DNA of 64,000 bases from Streptomyces sp. NPDC020983. GTDB taxonomy: Bacteria > Actinomycetota > Actinomycetes > Streptomycetales > Streptomycetaceae. Location of the stretch: contig NZ_JBIRRA010000007.1 of NCBI RefSeq assembly GCF_044333485.1, positions 235,730-299,729 on the forward strand. The letters run 5' to 3'. Made by a program: the position numbers and the translations under genes. The notes under the pieces are model-generated. The model ran no database searches. It was not told the DNA's origin and saw nothing but the letters and a program-made list of their open reading frames with translations. Below, piece after piece: positions 58,307-64,000 of this stretch. Numbering within the stretch: the first letter of the stretch is position 1; each line of letters begins with the position of its first letter.

Positions 58307-59788
58307 TCAGACGTGCCCGCGCGCCAGGTCGGCCAGCCGCCGCTTGTCCGGCTTGCCCGCCGCGGTGAGCGGCACCTCGGTGATCGGTGTCAGGCGGACC
58401 GGCGCGCAGGCCTCGCCCAGGTGCGCGGTCACCAGCGCGCGCATCTCCTCCAGGCTGGGGAGCGCGCCCGCCGCGGGCACGGCGAAGACGTGGACGGCCT
58501 CGCCGGTGCGGTCGTCCGGGACGGCGACGGCGTACGCCTCGGCCACCGCCGGGTGCCCGGCGAGCAGCCGCTCGACGGGGCCGGTGTAGTGGACGTTGGC
58601 GTTCACGATGACGATGTCGCGGGTGCGGCCCGTGAGCCACAGCCGGCCCCGGTCGTCGAGGTGCCCCAGGTCGCGGGTGCGTACCCAGCCGTCGACGAAC
58701 ACCTCGGCGGTGAGGGCCGGATCGTCCCAGTAGCCGCAGCCCTGCCCGGGGGTCCGTACGAAGATCTCGCCGTCCGTGCCCGCCGGGACGGGGCGTCCGC
58801 CGGGATCCCTGATCTCCAGGTCGACGGGCGGTACGCCCAGCGAGCCGGGCGCTTCCCCCGGGGTGGCCATGGAGATCATGCCGGTCTCCGTCTGGCCGTA
58901 CCCGTGGAAGACGACGGGACCGAGCAGCTCCGCCGCCTCGCGCAGCAGACCCGGCGGCGGCGGGGACCCGGACACCATCAGCGCGCGCAGACCGCCGAGG
59001 CCGGAGGGCGACCTCCGCGCCTGCGCCACGAGTTCCGCGAGCCGGGCCACGGTGGTCACGCTCGCGCTGGCCCGGTGGCGGACGAGGGCGGCGGGGAGGC
59101 CCGCGGCCTCGGCGGTGACGAGCACTCCGCCCGCGGCCAGCGTGAGGAGCCCGTACTCCATCACCACCTGGCTCGCCAGGGTGCCGAGGACGAGGAAGCG
59201 GTCCAGGCGCGTGGCGAGCTCGCGGACCGCCGGGGGCCAGGCGTCCGGCCGCAGTGCCCAGCCCGCCGTCATGGCCGCGTAGGTCTGGGCGCACGCCTTG
59301 GGCTCGCCGGTGCTGCCGCTGGTGTGGATCAGCCGGGCGACGTCCTGCGGGCGGGCGGTGACGCGCGGGCGCACCGCGGGGTCCGGCGCGGACAGCAGGT
59401 CGGCCAGGGCGAGAGCGGGTACGGGCCCGAGCACGTCCGCGGCGCCGGGCCGGTCGGTGACCGTGCAGACGACGCCGGAGGCGAGCCGGTGCTCCTGGCG
59501 CGGCGTCAGGCCCTGCCGGATCCCGACGACGCGCGCGCCCACGACGTGGGCGGCGACGACCGCCGCGAACTGGCCGGGCCCGGCGCCGAGCAGCATCGCC
59601 ACACCGTCGCCCGGTCCCACGCCGTGCCCGCGCAGCCCGGCGGCGGCGCGCCGTACCGAGGCCAGGAGCCGGCTGCCGGAGACCGCCTCGCCGGCGTGCT
59701 CGAAGACGGTTCGTCCCCCGGCGTCGGCGAGCAGGTCCAGTACGGCCCCCGGGAACTGCTCGCCGACACCGGGGGGCTGCTCAGCCAA
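58307..59788 (-). CDS. Adenylate-forming enzyme (AMP-binding acyl/aryl-CoA ligase or free-standing adenylation domain)
   Basis: A3 motif HTSGSTGEPK, A5 YGQTE, and A10 lysine (GKPDKRRL). Confidence 0.85.
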   Translation of the reverse strand: MAEQPPGVGEQFPGAVLDLLADAGGRTVFEHAGEAVSGSRLLASVRRAAAGLRGHGVGPGDGVAMLLGAGPGQFAAVVAAHVVGARVVGIRQGLTPRQEHRLASGVVCTVTDRPGAADVLGPVPALALADLLSAPDPAVRPRVTARPQDVARLIHTSGSTGEPKACAQTYAAMTAGWALRPDAWPPAVRELATRLDRFLVLGTLASQVVMEYGLLTLAAGGVLVTAEAAGLPAALVRHRASASVTTVARLAELVAQARRSPSGLGGLRALMVSGSPPPPGLLREAAELLGPVVFHGYGQTETGMISMATPGEAPGSLGVPPVDLEIRDPGGRPVPAGTDGEIFVRTPGQGCGYWDDPALTAEVFVDGWVRTRDLGHLDDRGRLWLTGRTRDIVIVNANVHYTGPVERLLAGHPAVAEAYAVAVPDDRTGEAVHVFAVPAAGALPSLEEMRALVTAHLGEACAPVRLTPITEVPLTAAGKPDKRRLADLARGHV

Positions 59789-61322
59789 GGCACGCCCTCA
59801 CGAAAGCGGCGAGCGGCCGGCGGTGGACGGCGGGGAGGTCCCAGTCGTTCTCCAGGTTCTCCGCCATGTGGTGGGTGCCGTCGAGGACACCGTCGCGGTA
59901 GTGGCGCACGACGGGGTGGAGGTAGGTGGACTCGCCCGCGTGCTCCGCGTCGTTCTCCGCGACCCGCGGGACGGTGATGTCGAACGGGTCGTGGGCGTCG
60001 TGCCCGGCTCCGTACTCCAGGTCGACGACGAACCGGTGCTCCGCCGGGCCGAGACCGCCGTCGCCGACGTAGCCGAGCGGGACCTCCTCCTGGTAGGCGG
60101 CTTCACCGCCGTTCACACTGACGGCGTCGCCGAGGAAGCCGAACTGCTGCCACAGCCCGGACGAGCGGTTGACCCGCTCCACGAGGGCGTCGGCGATCGC
60201 GTCCGGCGCCGCGGCGAACCGTACGGCGGGCCAGGGCGTCCCGTGGTGGCGGGCGGCGAGGATGCGGTGCAGGGCGCGCGCCCCGTAGCGGTAGCCGTGG
60301 ATGAAGCCGTTGGTGCCCCGCTTGAAGTCGAGCTGCTGCGTCAGCGTCCCGGCGAAGTACAGGCCCGGCACGTTCACCGACTCGTAGGCGGGGGTCTGTT
60401 CCGGGAAGCGGTCGTTGATCACGAGCGCGGGACGGCAGGTCGCGTCGAAGGGGCGGGCGTCGAAGCGGAATCCGGCGCACAGCACGACCCGGTCGTAGCG
60501 CAGTTCGCGCAGCCCCTCCACCGTCCGGGCGTAGCGGAACATCACCCGCAGGCCCCCGTCGGGGGCCTTCTCGATACTTTCCACCGTGCCGTCCAGGACG
60601 GCGTTCTGCGACTTGAGCTGGTAGGTGTCCAGGAAGTTGTTGTTCACCGCGCGCAGGTGGCCGACGAAGTGGGTCTGCCAGGCCAGCCTGACGGAGTGCG
60701 GGCCGGCGACGTGGATCACCGCGGCCTTCGCGACGAGGGAGTCGGCGGTCTCGAACGCGGAGTTGCCCTTGCCGAGGACCAGCACCCGCTGGTCGGTGAA
60801 GGAGGCCGGATCGGTGTCGAACGCGTCGTAGCGCTCCGCGAGTTCGATCCCGGGGATGTCCGGCACGTTGAGCCGGGACAGCCCGCTCGCCACGACGATC
60901 CGTCGCGCGTCCCACGTCCGGCCGTTCCGGTCGAGGACGGTGAAGCCGTCGTCCGTACGGGAGATCCGGACGGCCTCCGTCCCGTACTCGACGGCGGCGC
61001 CGGTGTGCCGTGCGAAGTCGCGCAGGTAGCGCACGTAGTCGTCGGCGGCGGGGAAGTAGTCCTCGGTGTACCGGCCGAACAGCAGCGGCGGTTCGCTGAT
61101 CAGCGAATTCCAGTCCATCCGCAGGTTGCGTTCCGCGTCCGGGGACCCGGTGTGCACCTTGTTCACCGATATCAGTTGGCGGTGCCTGGGGAACACCGTG
61201 AAGAACGTCCCCGCCGCGGTTCCGCGTTCCAGGACGGCGTAGTCGCGCCCGTCGCGCTCCAGCAGGGCGGCGAGCTGAAGTCCGGCCGGCCCGGCTCCGA
61301 TGATGAGGTAGTCGCGCAGCAT
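59781..61322 (-). CDS. FAD/NAD(P)-binding oxidoreductase, paralogue B (inverted copy of 52970-54562)
   Basis: About 65-70 percent identical over its full length to paralogue A (DYLIIGAGPAGLQLAALLERDG..., VLVLGKGNSAFETADSL). ATG at 61320-61322. Confidence 0.8.
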   Translation of the reverse strand: MLRDYLIIGAGPAGLQLAALLERDGRDYAVLERGTAAGTFFTVFPRHRQLISVNKVHTGSPDAERNLRMDWNSLISEPPLLFGRYTEDYFPAADDYVRYLRDFARHTGAAVEYGTEAVRISRTDDGFTVLDRNGRTWDARRIVVASGLSRLNVPDIPGIELAERYDAFDTDPASFTDQRVLVLGKGNSAFETADSLVAKAAVIHVAGPHSVRLAWQTHFVGHLRAVNNNFLDTYQLKSQNAVLDGTVESIEKAPDGGLRVMFRYARTVEGLRELRYDRVVLCAGFRFDARPFDATCRPALVINDRFPEQTPAYESVNVPGLYFAGTLTQQLDFKRGTNGFIHGYRYGARALHRILAARHHGTPWPAVRFAAAPDAIADALVERVNRSSGLWQQFGFLGDAVSVNGGEAAYQEEVPLGYVGDGGLGPAEHRFVVDLEYGAGHDAHDPFDITVPRVAENDAEHAGESTYLHPVVRHYRDGVLDGTHHMAENLENDWDLPAVHRRPLAAFVRACLG

Positions 61323-61595
61323 GGGGCCGGACGCTACCGGCGCGACATCAGAAGCCTCTGAGATTCCTGCGGGGGGCTCCCGCCCGGCCTGCGGGCGACG
61401 CGCGGGAGCGGTGGCCGGTGGTGGGTGAGAACGCCTGCCGCCGGAGGGTGCCGGTCGCGGCGGCCGTCCGGCGGACCCGTACACCGTACGCGTCCCCGTG
61501 CCGGGCACGCGTCCGCCGGGGCCCGGGACGCCTGCCGGGCACGCGGGCGGATCCGGCATCCACCCCTGCCGGGCCCGCCCGTACGCCCTGGCCCG

Positions 61596-62636
61596 TCAGC
61601 CGTTGGGGAGGATGACCGCGCGGCCGTTGATGCTGCCCTCGTGCAGCCGCTCGTACGCGCGCGGCGCCTCGTCCAGGGAGAAGGTCTCGGTGTGCACGGA
61701 GACGGCTCCGTCGCGGGCGAGGGCCAGCACTTCCTGGAGTTCGGCACGGGAGCCCCAGTAGGGAGCGCTGACGCAGACCTCGAACGGCAGCACCCCGAAG
61801 CCGACGGGCAGCGTGCCGCCGCCGATGCCGACCAGGGACACCTCGGCCTCGACCCCGGCCACCGCACCGGCGATCCGCACGGTGGGTGCGGCGCCGACGA
61901 AGTCGAAGACGGCCTGGGCACCGAGGCCGCCGGTCAGCTCGCGCACCGCGGCGGGCGCGTCGTCGTCGGAGAGCACCGCGGCGTGGGCCCCGACCGTGCG
62001 GGCGAGCGCGAGCTTGTCCTCGCTGACGTCGAGGGCGACGACCCGGGCCGGGCTCAGCGCCCGCAGCAGCTGGATCGCGGTGTGCCCGAGGCCGCCGGCG
62101 CCGATGACGACCGCGGTGGAGCCCGGCACCAGCTTGGGCAGCGCACGCTTGACGGCGTGGTAGGGGGTCAGGCCCGCGTCCGTGAGCGGGACGGCCGCCA
62201 CCGGGTCGAGGCCGTCGAGGGGCACGAGGTGGCGCGGGTCGTCGACGAGCAGGTACTCGGCGATGGCCCCGGGCGCGCCCAGGCCGGGCGGGCGGATGCC
62301 CAGCTCGTCGGCACGCAGGCAGTAGTTCTCCTTGCCCTCCGCGCACTTGGCGCAGCGGCCGCAGCCCCAGGGCCCGTAGACGGCGACGGCGTCGCCCTCG
62401 CTGACCCCGGTCGTGCCGGGTCCGAGCGCGGCGACGGTGCCGACGCCCTCGTGGCCGAGGGTGAGCGGCAGCGGGTACGGGAAGCTGTCCGCGGGCCAGC
62501 TCATGACGGCGATGTCGCTGTGGCACACGCCCGCGGCGGTCACCTTCAGCAGCACCTGGCCGGGGCCGGGCTCGGGGTCGGGAGCGGTCACCACCTCGGG
62601 AGCGGCGCCGACGGTGCGGTACTGGAGTGCTTTCAC
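61596..62636 (-). CDS. Zinc-dependent medium-chain alcohol dehydrogenase
   Basis: Zn ligands GVCHSD...GHEGVG and the structural-Zn CGRCAKC motif. Rossmann GAGGLG. GTG at 62636 with AGGAGG 6 nt upstream. Confidence 0.85.
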   Translation of the reverse strand: MKALQYRTVGAAPEVVTAPDPEPGPGQVLLKVTAAGVCHSDIAVMSWPADSFPYPLPLTLGHEGVGTVAALGPGTTGVSEGDAVAVYGPWGCGRCAKCAEGKENYCLRADELGIRPPGLGAPGAIAEYLLVDDPRHLVPLDGLDPVAAVPLTDAGLTPYHAVKRALPKLVPGSTAVVIGAGGLGHTAIQLLRALSPARVVALDVSEDKLALARTVGAHAAVLSDDDAPAAVRELTGGLGAQAVFDFVGAAPTVRIAGAVAGVEAEVSLVGIGGGTLPVGFGVLPFEVCVSAPYWGSRAELQEVLALARDGAVSVHTETFSLDEAPRAYERLHEGSINGRAVILPNG

Positions 62637-63016
62637 GGTGGTCCTCCTGTGCGGGGGAGTCGGACGGCGGTGCAGGCGCCGTCGACGGGGCGGCAGCCGC
62701 CGGTGGCGAAGGTGCCGTCGCCGAGCAGGAAGGCAATCGGCCCGACGGCCTTCCCGGACCGGCCCGGCCGCCCCGCCGGGCGCAGGACGGCGAGCACGGC
62801 ACGGGGCTGCCCGTCCATGCTGCGCAGCAGCGGTGCCCCGGCGAAGCCGGGACCGGCCGCGTTGCCCCGGACGCCCCGGGCGGAGTATTCGGCGGCGGCC
62901 GTTCCGGTCAGTCCGGCGGCCTACCCGGCGGACGGCGGCGGTCCGCCGACGCTCCGGCCCCGCCGCTGCCGTGACGCTCCGCGTCGTGCCGGAGCCGCCG
63001 CGCGGGCGCGAGCCGT

Positions 63017-63859
63017 TCAGCCGGGCAGGGCGTCCCGCTCGCACCCGGGACCGGCGGTCTCCTCGCCGGCGGGCGCGGGCGCGTCACCCGGGGCGCGCAG
63101 CTCCACGCAGCACCTGCCCGGGTGGGGCGCGAGGACGGCGGCCACGCCGGCCGCTTCGAGACCGTCGAGCATCCCTGCGAGGAAGGCGTGGTTGAGGCGG
63201 CAGACCAGATCCGCCGAGCGGGCCGCGAGCTGGTGGAACGGGCAGTTCAGCAACCGGATGCAGGTGGGTGCGTGCCGCTCGGGCTCGAAGCCGTGCCGCG
63301 TGAGCAGCGGTTCGCCGGCGGTGAGGGACCGCTCGGGGCCGAGGCGGCCGGGCCGGACCCGCTCGCGCTCGGCGGCGCCGACCGCCCTGCCGTGCTCCCG
63401 GGCGGTGCGCAGCGCCGCCGCGCGGGCGTCCTCGCCGGGCTGCTGGGCCAGGACGGCGTCGAGGAGGATCCCCGCCATGACGTCGGGGCGGCGTTCGGGG
63501 ATGCTGACGCGGATGTCGGTGCCGGCCGGCTGGTAGACCTTCGGTCTGCGGCCGACCCGGCGGGCGCCGCCCGGGTTGCCGTACGAGGCGTGCAGCAGGC
63601 CGGCGGCGACGAGCTTGTCGAGGTGGAAGGCGGCGAGTTTCGCGGAGATCCCCGCCTCGGCGGCAGCCTCCTCGCGGGTGACGGGGCGCCGGGCGCGGCG
63701 GGCGAAGGCGTACATCCGGCGGCGCTGCTCGTCGGCGAGTACCGCCACCGCTGCGACCGGGTCGTCATCCGGCGGTGCGGGAGAAGCGGGGGGAGTGGCC
63801 ACCTCCTCACCATAACGCCGACGTCCGTGGCCGTAACCTTCCGCGCACCGGATGGACAT
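63017..63859 (-). CDS. Helix-turn-helix transcriptional regulator (ArsR-like winged HTH N-domain plus C-terminal Cys-containing domain)
   Basis: HTH LADEQRRRMYAFARRARRPVTREEAAAEAGISAKLAAFHLDKL. Start uncertain: ATG at 63859 or GTG at 63802. Confidence 0.55.
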   Translation of the reverse strand: MSIRCAEGYGHGRRRYGEEVATPPASPAPPDDDPVAAVAVLADEQRRRMYAFARRARRPVTREEAAAEAGISAKLAAFHLDKLVAAGLLHASYGNPGGARRVGRRPKVYQPAGTDIRVSIPERRPDVMAGILLDAVLAQQPGEDARAAALRTAREHGRAVGAAERERVRPGRLGPERSLTAGEPLLTRHGFEPERHAPTCIRLLNCPFHQLAARSADLVCRLNHAFLAGMLDGLEAAGVAAVLAPHPGRCCVELRAPGDAPAPAGEETAGPGCERDALPG

Positions 63860-63927
63860 GGGCTGCTTGACCGTCACGGCGAATAAGACCAATACTCGTT
63901 GGCGAAACAACTGCGAGGAGGTCCGCC

Positions 63928-64000
63928 GTGACGAGTGCGCCGCACTGCCGAGCCCAACGGCCCGCCACCGTGCCGGCCCGCGATGCCGCCGAGGACGCGG
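63928..64000 (+). CDS. 5' fragment of an unidentified CDS divergent from the HTH regulator
   Basis: GTG at 63928 preceded by AGGAGG. Runs to the window end. Too short to classify. Confidence 0.3.
   Translation, partial: MTSAPHCRAQRPATVPARDAAEDA

Overview
This 64 kb window is high-GC actinomycete (Streptomyces-like) chromosomal DNA. Genes are densely packed on both strands, and the six-frame track contains many long spurious antisense ORFs typical of high-GC DNA. I found no rRNA, tRNA, CRISPR array or transposase/IS element.

The first ~50 kb is mostly housekeeping and accessory single genes and small operons:
- a YbaK-type deacylase, a bacterial PARG-like macro-domain protein, a PlsC-type acyltransferase, and an MFS efflux pump divergent from a TetR regulator
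- CtaG, PfkA, and the MurT/GatD lipid II amidation pair
- a TetR regulator with an acyl-CoA dehydrogenase, and a FUSC exporter
- an orphan OmpR-type winged-helix protein and a Usp protein
- an ECF41 sigma factor next to a hemerythrin and an eRF1-like (baeRF-type) protein
- a DUF4129-MoxR-DUF58 operon and a HemK-like methyltransferase
- a HoxN-type Ni/Co permease divergent from a cobalamin-riboswitch-controlled cbtB-cbtA-(FhuF-like 2Fe-2S)-cobF-cobK operon
- a flotillin/NfeD pair, an NhaA-DsbA fusion and an Asp23 protein
- several further TetR-plus-target pairs with clear palindromic operators
- a Tat-secreted M15 peptidase and a large secreted GH31 glycosidase with ricin-lectin domains
- an OmpR/histidine-kinase two-component pair

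The last ~13 kb (51.4-63.9 kb) looks like an uncharacterised specialised-metabolite or catabolic cluster. It contains:
- an MIO-type aromatic amino-acid ammonia-lyase/aminomutase
- a translationally coupled operon: FAD/NAD(P) oxidoreductase, FMN alpha-hydroxy-acid oxidase, atypical P450, CPA2 antiporter
- an adenylate-forming ligase
- an inverted paralogue of the FAD oxidoreductase
- a Zn alcohol dehydrogenase and an HTH regulator

I rate this cluster the most interesting candidate for an undescribed system in the window.
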